This document shows positions 50,013-60,533 of a stretch of DNA of 64,000 nucleotides, piece after piece. The notes under the pieces are model-generated. The model had not been told where the DNA came from and made no database searches. It saw nothing but the letters and a program-made list of their open reading frames with translations. How positions within the stretch are numbered: the first letter of the stretch is position 1; each line of letters starts with the position of its first letter. The position numbers were made by a program, and so were the translations under genes. Source of the DNA: an uncultured Acidobacteriota bacterium (GTDB lineage: Bacteria > Actinomycetota > Acidimicrobiia > Spongiisociales > ZC4RG35); contig CAVTFV010000008.1 of NCBI GenBank assembly GCA_963734115.1, forward strand, positions 367,537-431,536, written 5' to 3'.

Positions 50013-51245
50013 TCGTCGAGGTGATCGCGGTGGGGACCGAACTTCTTCTCGGGCAGATCATCAACTCGAACACCTCCACGATGGGGGCCGCCCTCGCCGA
50101 GCGAGGCATCGACGCCCACTACCAGCAGACGGTCGGCGACAACCTGTCCCGCATCGCCTCGGCGATCAGCGTCGCTCTCGACCGGTCCGATGCCGATCGT
50201 CATGACCGGTGGCATCGGTCCCACTCAGGACGACATCACCAGGGAGGCGGTATGTGAGGTGACCGGCCGGGAGCTGGTCTACAGCGAGGAATACGCCGAC
50301 CGACTGCGGGAGTGGTGGTCGAGACGGGGCCGGGAGATGCCCCAGAGCAACTTGCGTCAGGCGTATTACCCGGAAGGGGCTGAGATGCTTCCCAATCAGC
50401 GGGGGACAGCGCCCGGTCTGGTGCTCGAGCACGAGGGCAAGCTGATCTTCTGCGTGCCTGGGGTCCCTGCCGAGATGGAGCACCTCATGTTCGCCGAGGT
50501 GTTGCCGAGGCTCGTGGCCGCCTCCGGAGATCAGCAGGTGATCGCCAGCCGCCTCATCCGCACCTGGGGCCGTCCCGAGTCGGAAGTGGCCGAGATCCTC
50601 GACGACCTCTACACATCGTCAGTGAATCCCTCTTTGGCCTTTCTCGCCTCGAACTCGGAGATCAAGATCCGGGTCACGGCCAAGGCCTCGACCATGGCCG
50701 AGGCCTGGCTCCTCATCGAGCCGATGGAGATGGACGTGCGCTCCCGCCTCGGTGACAACGTGTTCGGTTCGGATGACGAGACCATCGAGCGGGTCCTCCT
50801 GCAGCTGTTGTCCGATCGTGGGTACACGGTCGGGACCGCAGAATCGATGACCGGGGGCATGGTCATCGCCCGCCTGACCGAGCTGCCCGGATCCTCTGCT
50901 GTGGTCAAGGGCGGATTGGTCGCCTACGACTCCGAGTTGAAGCAGCGGCTGCTCGGATTGGCAGATGTCGCCGAGGTGGTCACTGCGGAGGCCGCACTCG
51001 CCATGGCCCGGGGAGCGCGGGAATTGCTCGACGTCGATGTCGCAGTTGCGGTAACCGGGTCCGCCGGTCCCGAGCCGATGGAGAAACCGGTCGGCACCGT
51101 GATCATCGGCATCGCCACCCCTGATGACGCCCGGGCGCGGGAATTGAGATTCAGTGGCGACCGCGAGCGGTTGCGGACCTATGGAACGGCAGCGGCATTG
51201 CATCTGACCCGCCTGGCCCTCATCGGCAAATGGTGGAAGGAGTAG
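50009..51245 (+). pseudogene. cinA: Competence/damage-inducible protein CinA (MoCF-binding + CinA C-domain), split by a +1 frameshift near 50193
   Basis: MIVEVIAVGTELLLGQIINSNT...LDRSDA is in one frame and IVMTGGIGPTQDDIT...CinA C-terminal domain is in the next. There is an extra c in gatgcCgatcgtc. The ATG overlaps the rimO stop. Confidence 0.65.
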
Positions 51246-51784
51246 CGACTCGCCTCTTCGTGGCGGTGCCACTTCCCGACGAGATACGCATGGCCCTGGC
51301 AGATCGCCTCGGGTCTCTCGAGATGCCGGGGAAGACAGTGCCGTCTGAGAACTGGCACATCACTCTTCGCTTCCTCGGTTGGACCGACAATGTCTCCTTT
51401 GACCGGATTGTCGCCGCCCTCGACGAGGCCGATCTTGGCCCGCCATTCGATATGGCGCTTGGCGAGTTGGGCGCCTTTCCTCGGCCGAGGAACGCCACGG
51501 TTGTCTGGCTGGCCGTATCCAAGGGTTTGACCCGGCTCGAGCAGCTGGCGGCCGAGGCCGAGGAGGCGGCGCAGAGCGCGGGCTTCGTCCCGGAGGACCG
51601 ACCATTCCAGGCCCACCTCACCCTGAGCCGGGTGCGGCCGGCCGAGGACGTCAGCGACCTCATTGAGACCTTCCCCGATGCCGGCCTCGGTTGGCGATGC
51701 GAGTCGGTGGTGGTCTATCGATCCCATCTCGGACGGGGTGGAGCCAGATACGAGCCTCTTGAAACTTTCCCGCTCATCCGGTAA
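51230..51784 (+). CDS. thpR: RNA 2',3'-cyclic phosphodiesterase (2H phosphoesterase, LigT/ThpR)
   Basis: Two H-x-T-x motifs (HITLRF, HLTLSR); 184 aa. Confidence 0.8.
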   Translation: MVEGVATRLFVAVPLPDEIRMALADRLGSLEMPGKTVPSENWHITLRFLGWTDNVSFDRIVAALDEADLGPPFDMALGELGAFPRPRNATVVWLAVSKGLTRLEQLAAEAEEAAQSAGFVPEDRPFQAHLTLSRVRPAEDVSDLIETFPDAGLGWRCESVVVYRSHLGRGGARYEPLETFPLIR

Positions 51785-51792
51785 ATCCACTG

Positions 51793-51808
51793 ACGAACAC
51801 CTGTTCGG
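51793..51808. promoter_or_regulatory. LexA (SOS) box aCGAAC-ACCT-GTTCGg upstream of recA; a PafBC/RecA-NDp-like motif lies at 51838-51859
   Basis: The box matches the actinobacterial SOS box TCGAAC-N4-GTTCGA. About 30 nt downstream, TGTCCCAC-N8-TACGTT resembles TGTCGGTG-N8-TANNNT. Confidence 0.65.
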
Positions 51809-51919
51809 TCTAGTATCGGATGACTCAGGACAAGATCTGTCCCACCGGGCAGATACGTTGGCTGAAATAGCAGATCGTCGGAGGTACTCGTGCCAGAGGA
51901 ATCGAAGAAGGAGCCGAAG

Positions 51920-52987
51920 ATGGAACGAGACAAAGCACTGGACATGGCGGTCAGCCAGATCGAGCGTCAGTTCGGCAAAGGGGCGATCATGAAGATGGGG
52001 GAGGCGGCCAACCGCAAGGTGGACGTGATCTCCACCGGCGCCCTATCCCTCGACCTCGCCCTGGGCATCGGTGGTGTCCCCCGTGGGCGGATCGTCGAGC
52101 TCTACGGGCCGGAGAGCTCGGGCAAGACCAGTCTCGCCCTCCACATCGTGGCCGAGGCCCAGCGCAACGGTGGGATCGCCGCCTTCATCGACGCCGAGCA
52201 TGCCCTCGACCCGATCTATGCCAAGGCGATCGGCGTCGATGTCGACGAGTTGCTCATCTCCCAACCCGACACCGGGGAGCAGGCTTTGGAGATCGCCGAC
52301 ATGCTGATTCGCTCCGGGGCGCTCGACGTCCTCGTCATCGACTCGGTGGCTGCCCTGGTGCCCCGCGCCGAAATCGAAGGCGAGATGGGTGATTCCCATA
52401 TGGGGCTCCAGGCCAGGCTCATGTCCCAGGCCCTGCGCAAGCTGGCCGGCACCCTGAACAAGTCGAGGACCACCGCCATCTTCATCAACCAGCTTCGGGA
52501 GAAGATAGGTGTGATGTTCGGTTCACCTGAGACCACCCCAGGCGGACGGGCGCTCAAGTTCTACTCAACGGTTCGTCTCGACATCCGGCGCATCGAGACC
52601 ATCAAGGACGGAACCGAGAGCGTCGGCAACCGGGTGAAGGTCAAGGTGGCCAAGAACAAGATGGCCCCACCTTTCCGTCTCGCAGAGTTCGACATCATGT
52701 TCGGCCAGGGGATCTCCCGTGAGGGCAGTCTTCTCGATGTCGCCGTCGACCATGGCGTCGTCCACAAGAGTGGAGCCTGGTTCACCTTCGACGACGATCA
52801 GCTGGGCCAGGGACGGGAGAACGCCAAGCGGTTCCTGCGGGAAAACCCGGAGGTGGCGATGCAGCTCCAGGCCAAGGTGTTCGAGTTGGTCGGCCTCGGC
52901 GAGTCGGCATCAGGTGATGAAGCCGACTCGGTCGCCAGTGAGGAGGTCGTGGCCGGTGGGGAAGAGGCAAACGAGGCTACGGAGTAG
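51920..52987 (+). CDS. recA: Recombinase RecA
   Basis: [21 protein letters not shown], Walker [10 protein letters not shown] and L1/L2 loops. The start is probably the second Met (51920); the first Met is at 51890. Confidence 0.92.
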   Translation: MERDKALDMAVSQIERQFGKGAIMKMGEAANRKVDVISTGALSLDLALGIGGVPRGRIVELYGPESSGKTSLALHIVAEAQRNGGIAAFIDAEHALDPIYAKAIGVDVDELLISQPDTGEQALEIADMLIRSGALDVLVIDSVAALVPRAEIEGEMGDSHMGLQARLMSQALRKLAGTLNKSRTTAIFINQLREKIGVMFGSPETTPGGRALKFYSTVRLDIRRIETIKDGTESVGNRVKVKVAKNKMAPPFRLAEFDIMFGQGISREGSLLDVAVDHGVVHKSGAWFTFDDDQLGQGRENAKRFLRENPEVAMQLQAKVFELVGLGESASGDEADSVASEEVVAGGEEANEATE

Positions 52988-53220
52988 TGGTATTCCGTTT
53001 CGCGATCCGCGTGTAGCATCGGGACCTCACACGAACACACCTTTGAACTGCAACCGGGAAGAAGACGTGAACAGAAGGAGCCAACGAACCGACGGGTGAC
53101 CGACCCGCCTCGTTAGTCAGCTTCTCTTCGTGTGCCGGGCCATCGACCTGATATCGGGCCAGATATCGGGTAGGGAGGCTCGGCACGTTCATTTCTCCAG
53201 ACCGGGAAAGGGGACCGACC

Positions 53221-54762
53221 ATGGACACCATTGCCGTTGTCGGGTTGACGATCCTCGGGGTCATCCTCGGTCTGGGCTTCGGGTACTTGCTGGCCCGTCT
53301 CGCCATCGCCCGGAGAAGAGAGCGTGACGTGGTGTCTGCCGAGGACATGGTCACCAGTGCCCGGCTCGACGCCCAACGCATCCTCTCCAAGGCGGAGGAG
53401 GAGGGCCGGGCCAAGGCTGAGACCTATCGAGAACGCGAGGACGCCAATCTCGAGCATCGTCGTCTCGAGATGTCGAGTCTCGAATCCAGGCTGGGTCAGC
53501 GCGAGGAGACGCTCGATCAACGCGCCTCAAATCTCGCCCAGCGGGAGAAGATGATCATCGACCGGGAAGAGGAGATCAATGTCTCTCGTGGCGAGTTGGA
53601 GCGACTCAAGGAGGAGGCACGCTTCCGTCTCGAGCAGGTAGCCGGCATCGATGTGACCGCCGCCAAGACCGAGATGTTGGCCCAGGTCGAAGACGAGGCT
53701 CGACGTGAAGCGATGATCGTGGTCCGCGACCTAGAGATAAAGGCCCGCGAGGAGGCCGATCGCCGAGCCAGGCGCATCCTCGCCACCGCGATCCAGCGCC
53801 TCTCCTCAGAAGTCGTCACCGAGACCACCGTCTCAGTGGTCCAGCTCCCGTCCGACGACATGAAGGGTCGAATCATCGGGCGTGAGGGTCGCAACATCCG
53901 TCATCTCGAATCGGTCACAGGGACCAGTCTGATCGTGGACGACACGCCCGAGGCAGTCAGTGTGTCCTCGTTCGACCCCGTGCGGCGTGAGGTCGCCCGA
54001 ATCACCCTGGAGAAGCTGGTTGCCGACGGCCGGATACATCCTGCCTCGATCGAAGAGGCCTACGAGAAGGCGCAGGCCGAGGTAGAGCAGAGCGTCCGGG
54101 ACGCGGGCGAGTGGGCCCTCGTCGAGGCAGGCGTGTCTCGCATGCACTCCGAGATCGTGACGCTGATGGGCCGCCTCAAGTATCGCACCTCTTATGGTCA
54201 GAACGTCCTCAACCATCTGGTGGAGACGGCGCACATCGCCTCCATGCTGGCCTCGGAGCTCGGCATCGACCCGGCACCGGTCAAGCGGGCCGCACTGCTC
54301 CATGACCTCGGCAAGGCAGTCACCCACGAGGTCGAGGGCTCACATGCCCTGATCGGGGCCGAGATCGCTCGTCGGTTCGACGAGGACCCGGCTGTGGTGC
54401 ACGGCATCGAGGCACATCACAACGAGGTGGAGCCGCGAACCGTCCTGGCGGTCATCGTCCAGGCGGCCGACGCCGTCTCCGCGGCCCGACCCGGGGCCCG
54501 CAGGGAGACACTCGAGGGTTACGTGAAGCGTCTCGAGCGTCTGGAGACCCTGGCCATGGAGTTCCCCGGCGTCGATCATGTCTTCGCTCTCCAGGCGGGA
54601 CGAGAGGTCAGGGTCGTCGTCGACCCGGGCGACGTCTCGGATGTGGAGGCCAGGGAGCTTTCTCGCCGAATCGCCCGTAAACTCGAGGAAGACCTCCAGT
54701 ACCCGGGTCAGATCCAAGTGACCGTGATCCGGGAGTTTCGGGCGACCGACTACGCCCGCTGA
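53221..54762 (+). CDS. rny: Ribonuclease Y
   Basis: N-terminal TM helix, coiled coil, KH domain (GRIIGREGRNIR) and HD domain (HDLGK); 513 aa. Confidence 0.88.
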   Translation: MDTIAVVGLTILGVILGLGFGYLLARLAIARRRERDVVSAEDMVTSARLDAQRILSKAEEEGRAKAETYREREDANLEHRRLEMSSLESRLGQREETLDQRASNLAQREKMIIDREEEINVSRGELERLKEEARFRLEQVAGIDVTAAKTEMLAQVEDEARREAMIVVRDLEIKAREEADRRARRILATAIQRLSSEVVTETTVSVVQLPSDDMKGRIIGREGRNIRHLESVTGTSLIVDDTPEAVSVSSFDPVRREVARITLEKLVADGRIHPASIEEAYEKAQAEVEQSVRDAGEWALVEAGVSRMHSEIVTLMGRLKYRTSYGQNVLNHLVETAHIASMLASELGIDPAPVKRAALLHDLGKAVTHEVEGSHALIGAEIARRFDEDPAVVHGIEAHHNEVEPRTVLAVIVQAADAVSAARPGARRETLEGYVKRLERLETLAMEFPGVDHVFALQAGREVRVVVDPGDVSDVEARELSRRIARKLEEDLQYPGQIQVTVIREFRATDYAR

Positions 54763-54772
54763 GGCTGTCGAC

Positions 54773-56161
54773 ATGACCCAGCCCGTCCTTCTCCCGAACC
54801 CGACCCTGCGCGAGCCGGCCCGCCGTGTTCCGACCCGTGTCGGCCGGCGCTATTTCATCCGCACCTTCGGGTGTCAGATGAACGAGCACGACTCCGAGCG
54901 GATCGCCGGTCTCTTCGAGGTGGACGGGATGACTCCGGCTGGCGGTTTCGAATCGGCCGACGTGGTCTACATCAACACCTGCACCATCAGGGAGAACGCC
55001 GACAATCGGATGTACGGCAACCTGGGTCAGCTGAAGGCGGTCAAGGACCTGAACCCGGAGATGATGCTCGTGGTGGGCGGTTGCGCCGCCCAGAAGGACC
55101 GTGACCTAGTGCGGGAGCGCGCACCGTGGGTCGACGTGGTCATGGGGACCCACAACCTCGACCGGGTCCTGGACCTCATGGATCATGCCGAGCATTGGGG
55201 CCCGATCACCGAGGTGGTGGACGAGCTCCAGGCGATGCCCTCATCCCTTCCCGTGAAGCGTGAGCTGGAACACTCGGCCTGGGTGACGATTCAGGTCGGG
55301 TGCAACAACAGCTGCACGTTCTGCATCGTGCCGTCGGTGCGTGGTGTGGAGGTATCCCGCCGCCCCGGGGACATCGTGAGGGAAGTGGAGCGCCTCGCTT
55401 CCGACGGTGTGGTCGAAGTCACGTTGCTCGGGCAGAACGTCGACACTTATGGCCGGGATCTGGCTCTGAATGGGAAACGACGCCCCATCTTCGGTGAGCT
55501 ACTGCGACGAGTGGGTGAGGTCGACGGCATCCGAAGGGTCAGGTTCACCAGCCCGCACCCGAACGACTTCCGTGAGGACGTCGCTCATGCGATGGCCGAC
55601 ACCGAAGAGGTCTGCGAGCACCTCCACTTCCCGCTCCAGTCCGGCTCCGACCGCATCCTGCGCGCCATGCACCGAGGCTACAACCGTAAGAAGTACACAG
55701 AGCGGCTGGCGATGGCTCGAGACATCATTCCGGGCCTCGGAGTCACCACCGACGTCATCGTCGGCTTCCCTGGCGAGACAGATGAGGACTTCGCCGCAAC
55801 CCTCGAACTAGTGGAAGAAGCCAGGTTCGACAGCGCCTTCATGTTCATCTTCTCCCCACGGCCTGGAACCGCCGCCGCCGATCTCACGGAGCAATTCGTG
55901 CCTGAGGAACTGATCAAGGAGCGCTTCGCCCGTCTCAGCGAGTTGCAGAACCGCATCTCAGGCGAGAGAAACGCCGAGATGGTGGGCAACAGGGTCGAAG
56001 TGCTCAGTGAAGGCCCGTCCCGCAAGGACCCGCAGGTGGCCACCACCCGCACCCGGACCGGCAAAGTGGTGCATGTGACAGGATCGCATCGTGCCGGCAC
56101 CTTCCTCACGGTCGAGATCGGGACGGCCCACCAGCATCATCTCGTTGGGAGCGCCGTCTGA
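54773..56161 (+). CDS. miaB: tRNA-2-methylthio-N6-dimethylallyladenosine synthase MiaB
   Basis: IRTFGCQMNEHDSE, radical-SAM CNNSCTFC and a TRAM domain; 462 aa. Confidence 0.9.
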   Translation: MTQPVLLPNPTLREPARRVPTRVGRRYFIRTFGCQMNEHDSERIAGLFEVDGMTPAGGFESADVVYINTCTIRENADNRMYGNLGQLKAVKDLNPEMMLVVGGCAAQKDRDLVRERAPWVDVVMGTHNLDRVLDLMDHAEHWGPITEVVDELQAMPSSLPVKRELEHSAWVTIQVGCNNSCTFCIVPSVRGVEVSRRPGDIVREVERLASDGVVEVTLLGQNVDTYGRDLALNGKRRPIFGELLRRVGEVDGIRRVRFTSPHPNDFREDVAHAMADTEEVCEHLHFPLQSGSDRILRAMHRGYNRKKYTERLAMARDIIPGLGVTTDVIVGFPGETDEDFAATLELVEEARFDSAFMFIFSPRPGTAAADLTEQFVPEELIKERFARLSELQNRISGERNAEMVGNRVEVLSEGPSRKDPQVATTRTRTGKVVHVTGSHRAGTFLTVEIGTAHQHHLVGSAV

Positions 56162-56175
56162 CCCGGCTCCTGGCG

Positions 56176-57054
56176 TTGCTGGGACCAACCGCAGCGGGCA
56201 AGACCGAGATGGCCGTTCGCCTGGCTGAACATTTCGACGGAGAAGTCATCTCCGTGGACTCGATGCAGGTCTATCGGGGCATGGACATCGGAACGGCCAA
56301 GCCGACGATGCTGGAGCGCCGGGGGGTCCCACATCATCTGATCGATGTCGCCGACCCTGGTGAGGAGTTCACCGTCGCTCATTTTCGCCGTCTTGGCCGG
56401 AGTGTGCTGTCCGAGACGACGGCGCCGACTGTGATCATCACCGGCGGATCGGGCCTTCACTTCCGGGCTCTGGTCGACCCTCTGAGCTTCGCCCCCACCG
56501 ATCCCGGGCTCCGCTCTGAGTTGGAGTCGACCGAGGGCGATGCACTGGTAGAAGAGCTGCTGACCATCGACCCTTCTGCCAGGTCGGTCGTCGATCTCGC
56601 CAACCCGAGGCGAGTGATGAGGGCAGTGGAGATCTACCGGCTCACGGGCGAGACGCCGAGCAGCAGGGCAGGGACGGCGATCGCCGAAGACGTCCGACGG
56701 TACGTACCCGAGATCGATTTCTCGGCGGTCGGTGTCGACCCGGGAGGAGCGCTCGAGGACCGGGTCGAGACGCGGTTGGCCCGGATGCGGGCCGCAGGCC
56801 TGATCGACGAGGTGCGAGACCTGTCGCCGGTGATGGGGCGAACCGCCCGAAACGGGGTCGGATACAAGGAGATCCTCGAGGCCCTTTCCGGTGAGGTCAG
56901 CTTCGATGAGGCGTTCGAGAAGGCGGTGTCCAATACCAGGAGACTGGCTCGAAAACAGCGCACCTGGTTTCAGCGTGATCCCCGGATACGCTGGATACCC
57001 TGGATCGACGATCCTGACCAGAGGTTGCGACGGATACTGGAGACCTTCGATTGA
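56176..57054 (+). CDS. miaA: tRNA dimethylallyltransferase MiaA
   Basis: P-loop GPTAAGKT and a DSMQVYRGMDIGTAKP motif. The true start is probably CTG or TTG at 56158-56176, immediately after the miaB stop. Confidence 0.85.
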   Translation: MLGPTAAGKTEMAVRLAEHFDGEVISVDSMQVYRGMDIGTAKPTMLERRGVPHHLIDVADPGEEFTVAHFRRLGRSVLSETTAPTVIITGGSGLHFRALVDPLSFAPTDPGLRSELESTEGDALVEELLTIDPSARSVVDLANPRRVMRAVEIYRLTGETPSSRAGTAIAEDVRRYVPEIDFSAVGVDPGGALEDRVETRLARMRAAGLIDEVRDLSPVMGRTARNGVGYKEILEALSGEVSFDEAFEKAVSNTRRLARKQRTWFQRDPRIRWIPWIDDPDQRLRRILETFD

Positions 57055-57800
57055 GCCGGTTCGAGTTCACCAAGATGCAAGGTCTGGGAAACGATTTCAT
57101 CGTGCTCGAGGGATCCGCCAAGCCCAGTGCCGACGATGTGACGCGACTCTGCGATCGACGCTTCGGGATTGGTGCCGACGGGATCCTCGTCGTGTCCTCG
57201 GGTTCCCCGATCGTGATGGACTACTGGAACGCAGACGGCAGCGCTGCCGAGATGTGCGGCAACGGCTTGCGTTGTGTCGCCCGTTACGCCTACGACAAGG
57301 GTTGGGTGGACGGCCCCGAATTCGAGGTGGACACACCGATCGGGATCCGACATGTCCGGGTGGGTGATCCTCTGGTGGACGGTGAGATCGGGCCCGCCCT
57401 GATCGAGGGTCAGGAGACCATCGACGGTCACATCTACCGGTTGGTCGACACCGGGAATCCTCACGCGGTGCGGGTCGTCGAAGACCCCGATGACATCGAT
57501 CTGGCCCGAATCGGGCCCCTGGTGGCCCGAGAGGCAGGCTTTGACACGGGGTGCAACGTCGAGGTGATCTCAGTGGCTGGTGATCGGGTGAAGATGCGAG
57601 TCTGGGAGCGAGGGGTGGGTGAGACACTCGCCTGTGGCACCGGGATGGTGGCCGCCGCCGCTGTAGCTCTCGATGGGGCGGACGGTGCGATCACGGTCGA
57701 GGTCCGGGGCGGCGAGGGTCAGGTGGAGATCATCGACAAAAATGCCTGGTTGACCGGCCCGGCGGAGTACGTCTTCACCGGGGTGTTCGATCAGGGGTAG
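57051..57800 (+). CDS. dapF: Diaminopimelate epimerase
   Basis: FTKMQGLGNDF N-terminus with catalytic Cys motifs (MCGNG, ACGTG); 249 aa. Confidence 0.88.
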   Translation: MSRFEFTKMQGLGNDFIVLEGSAKPSADDVTRLCDRRFGIGADGILVVSSGSPIVMDYWNADGSAAEMCGNGLRCVARYAYDKGWVDGPEFEVDTPIGIRHVRVGDPLVDGEIGPALIEGQETIDGHIYRLVDTGNPHAVRVVEDPDDIDLARIGPLVAREAGFDTGCNVEVISVAGDRVKMRVWERGVGETLACGTGMVAAAAVALDGADGAITVEVRGGEGQVEIIDKNAWLTGPAEYVFTGVFDQG

Positions 57801-58412
57801 CGACGCAGGACGCTTACAACCTTCCCAACCACCTCGACACCCTCTGTGTACACCATTGGCTCGTAGGCACTGTTCTCGGCCTCGAGGATGATCTTGCCGT
57901 CGCGACGACGTAGCCTCTTGACCGTCGCCTCCTCGCCATCGATGAGCGCGGCCACTATCTCCCCATCGCGCGCATCCTTCTGACTCCGAATCGCCACTAG
58001 GTCTCCGTCGAGGATGCCGGCGTCGATCATCGAATCACCCTTGACCTCGAGAAGGAACACCGGATCGTTGCCGACGAGGTCGATAGGCAGGGGCAAGACC
58101 TCTTCGACGTGCTCGGCGGCCAGGATCGGGGTGCCGGCGGCGATCCGACCCAGGACCGGCACGTCGCGGACGCGATCGTCGCGGGCAGGTGCCATCACCG
58201 TCGCGTCCTCGACGATCATGATCGCCCGTCGGCTTGGTCGGGTCGCGCTTGATCGCCCCGGCAGTCACCAGCGCAGACAGATGCGAGTGCACCGTCGAAG
58301 GTGACGAGAGTCCGATGGCCTCCCCGATCTCACGCACCGATGGGGGATAGCCCCGGTCGGCCACTGTTTGTCTGATGTATTCGAGGACCTGTTGCTGACG
58401 TTCCGTGAGCAC
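57791..58412 (-). pseudogene. lexA: LexA repressor, split by a +1 frameshift near 58223-58227
   Basis: The N-terminal winged HTH ([15 protein letters not shown]...AIKRDPTKP) is in one frame. The S24 peptidase domain ([10 protein letters not shown]...GDSM...KRL) is in another. An extra base lies between ...KPTG and IMIVEDAT. Confidence 0.65.
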
Positions 58413-58460
58413 CGTGACTCCTTCCGGGAGCTCTCGACCGACTCCGATGTCACCAATCTA

Positions 58461-58496
58461 ATCGAACAGGAGTTCGCTTCCAAACATCTGTTCGAT
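58461..58496. promoter_or_regulatory. Two SOS (LexA) boxes in the divergent lexA / LysM-protein intergenic region
   Basis: aTCGAAC-AGGA-GTTCGc (58462-58476) and a degenerate second site cAAAC-ATCT-GTTCGA (58482-58495). Confidence 0.6.
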
Positions 58497-58674
58497 CAAG
58501 ACGCGCATCCAAGCGCCTCCGTGGGGCTTGGCCCTGTCGGGGGGTTCGAGGGGGGTCGTCCCTCCTCAATGTTACAGCTTGACATCGAACGTCTGTTCGA
58601 TAGAGTGTCGAACGCACGTTCGGTGACGGACTGCATCCAGCAACCCGCAAGGGCCCGATCAGGAGGAAGACCAA

Positions 58675-58956
58675 ATGCAGAAGGCAAACCTGCAGCTGTC
58701 CGTCCGGCTGTCATTGCTTCTCGCAGCCCTCTGCGTGGTCTTCCTCATGATCGGCGGATCTGCCCAGGCAGATGAGCCAGTGACGGCGCCGGTCGAGTAC
58801 ATCGTCGAATCCGGTGACACCTTGTGGGGCATCGCCACCGCCAACGCCGGCCCCGATCAGGATGTTCGTCGTCTGGTGGCCGACATCGCCCGGCTCAGCG
58901 AGGTCGAGGCCGGCTCGATCTTCCCGGGTCAGGTGTTGTTGATCCCCGCAGCCTGA
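58675..58956 (+). CDS. Secreted LysM-domain protein (SOS-regulated; Rv2719c-like position between lexA and nrdR)
   Basis: Signal or TM segment followed by a LysM motif (YIVESGDTLWGIA...PGQVLLIP); 93 aa. Divergent from lexA and sharing its SOS boxes. Confidence 0.7.
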   Translation: MQKANLQLSVRLSLLLAALCVVFLMIGGSAQADEPVTAPVEYIVESGDTLWGIATANAGPDQDVRRLVADIARLSEVEAGSIFPGQVLLIPAA

Positions 58957-58990
58957 GCGCTACGCATCCTCGGATGTTTACCCTGCGCAC

Positions 58991-59440
58991 ATGCTCTGCC
59001 CGGTTTGTGGCGCCCCCAGCACACGTGTGATCGACAGCCGTCCCGCCGAGGGTGGCTTGTCGATCCGCCGCCGGCGCGAGTGTGAGGGTTGTGCCCAGCG
59101 ATTCACGACCTACGAGCGTCTCGAACCGCAGCTGATGGTCCGGAAGAGAAACGGTAGGTTGGAGCCGTTCTCCGCAGCCAAGTTGGCGGCCGGGATCGCG
59201 GCCGCACTCGCCGACCGACCGGTGTCGGGATCGTCGATCGATCGGCTGGTCGAGGAGGTCGAGGCGTCTTGCCATGGCGCCGGGTCGCAGGTCAGCTCCG
59301 AAGACATCGGACGGGAGGTCCTGGAACGGCTTCGTGCCCTCGACGAAGTCGGCTATCTCCGCTTCGCTTCGGTCTACAAGGACTTCCAGGGAGCGGCGGA
59401 CTTCGAGAAGGAAGTCGCCGCCTTGGAGTCAGCCGAGTAG
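58991..59440 (+). CDS. nrdR: Transcriptional repressor NrdR
   Basis: Zn-ribbon C-x-x-C...C-x-x-C (MLCPVCG...CEGC) and an ATP-cone domain; 149 aa. Confidence 0.88.
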   Translation: MLCPVCGAPSTRVIDSRPAEGGLSIRRRRECEGCAQRFTTYERLEPQLMVRKRNGRLEPFSAAKLAAGIAAALADRPVSGSSIDRLVEEVEASCHGAGSQVSSEDIGREVLERLRALDEVGYLRFASVYKDFQGAADFEKEVAALESAE

Positions 59441-60325
59441 ACGGTTCAGATCTGTCCTCGCCTCTTCGATGAGGGATGAGACCGAGTCGGAGACGGCGCC
59501 GATATCGCTGAGCATCGCTTGTCGGACCGCCAGGAGGTCCGCCCGAAGTGTTCCCACTATCTCGACAGCCGCAGTCCTGTTACCCGTGCGAATGGCGTCG
59601 AGATATGCCGTCTGAGTCGTCTCGAGGCCGGCGCTGATGGTTTCCAATGCAGCACTGGATTGCTCGGCGATGCCCGATGGGAGTGCGGCGCGGATCGATT
59701 CGAATCCAGCCCGCCATTCGGTGAAGGCGTCGGTAGCGGTTGTGATGTCGGTCAGATCCGGGTCTGTCTCGAGCAAGGGCAACGTGAGCGCTGGTTCGAG
59801 CGCGGTGCGGTAAGCGGTCGCATCCATGAGTTGACGGGATGCGTCGATGGCCAGTCCGGCCGCATCGGCCGCCGTCGACCGGTCGCCGGAGGCATCCGCC
59901 GGCAGGTCCGCGGATGCAGCGAACATGGCACGGGCCGTTTCGCCCATTTGGAAGAAGACGGACGCATCCTGGTTCTCCTCGGGGAGGCGATCCAGTCCGA
60001 GTCCGTCGACGAGTGGAGCTACCTCATCGAGGGCAGTCGACAGTGCCTCCGCCTCGGTCTGAACCTGGCCCAGGGCGGCGGCTGCGGAACTGGCCGGCTC
60101 CTGATAGAGCCAGTAGGCGCCTGCGGCCGCGGCAAGGAGGAGAACGATGAGCGATACCACGACCGGCCAGCGGAAGCGTCGACGGCCGAGGTGCTTGGTC
60201 CCGAAGGTCTGCGGTGTCCAGTCGAGCAGCGATGGAGCATGGAGTTCTGTGGTCTCCCACATGTCCTTGACGAGCTCACCAGTCGGCTCACTGTATGGGC
60301 TATGACGGCCAACTGGCACTGTCAC
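59429..60325 (-). CDS. Hypothetical membrane-anchored protein (single TM, Ala-rich)
   Basis: 298 aa. One TM helix (WPVVVSLIVLLLAAAAGAYWLY) followed by a low-complexity, probably helical extracytoplasmic region. Convergent 12-nt overlap with nrdR. Confidence 0.5.
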   Translation of the reverse strand: MTVPVGRHSPYSEPTGELVKDMWETTELHAPSLLDWTPQTFGTKHLGRRRFRWPVVVSLIVLLLAAAAGAYWLYQEPASSAAAALGQVQTEAEALSTALDEVAPLVDGLGLDRLPEENQDASVFFQMGETARAMFAASADLPADASGDRSTAADAAGLAIDASRQLMDATAYRTALEPALTLPLLETDPDLTDITTATDAFTEWRAGFESIRAALPSGIAEQSSAALETISAGLETTQTAYLDAIRTGNRTAAVEIVGTLRADLLAVRQAMLSDIGAVSDSVSSLIEEARTDLNRLLG

Positions 60326-60533
60326 CAGAGCCGTGATCTGGGACCCGTTGGTGCCGTTGCTCCCATTGGTGGCTGGCGTCGATCCATTGGCCGGGAGGCG
60401 TGCTCCAAGCCCGGGAAGGGGCGTCGAGAAACCCGAGCGATTCCATCGACGGGCTCCGCACGAAGCCGCGCCGCGATTGTGAGGTGGCAGTCATCGGGAA
60501 CACTCATTTACAGTCTTCAGGTCATCCCGCCCG

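Noticed and set aside
52988-53220. A possible recX, or a small ORF, in the recA-rny spacer
   Set aside because: No frame encodes a RecX-like three-helix-repeat protein. The only ORFs there are antisense or low-complexity.
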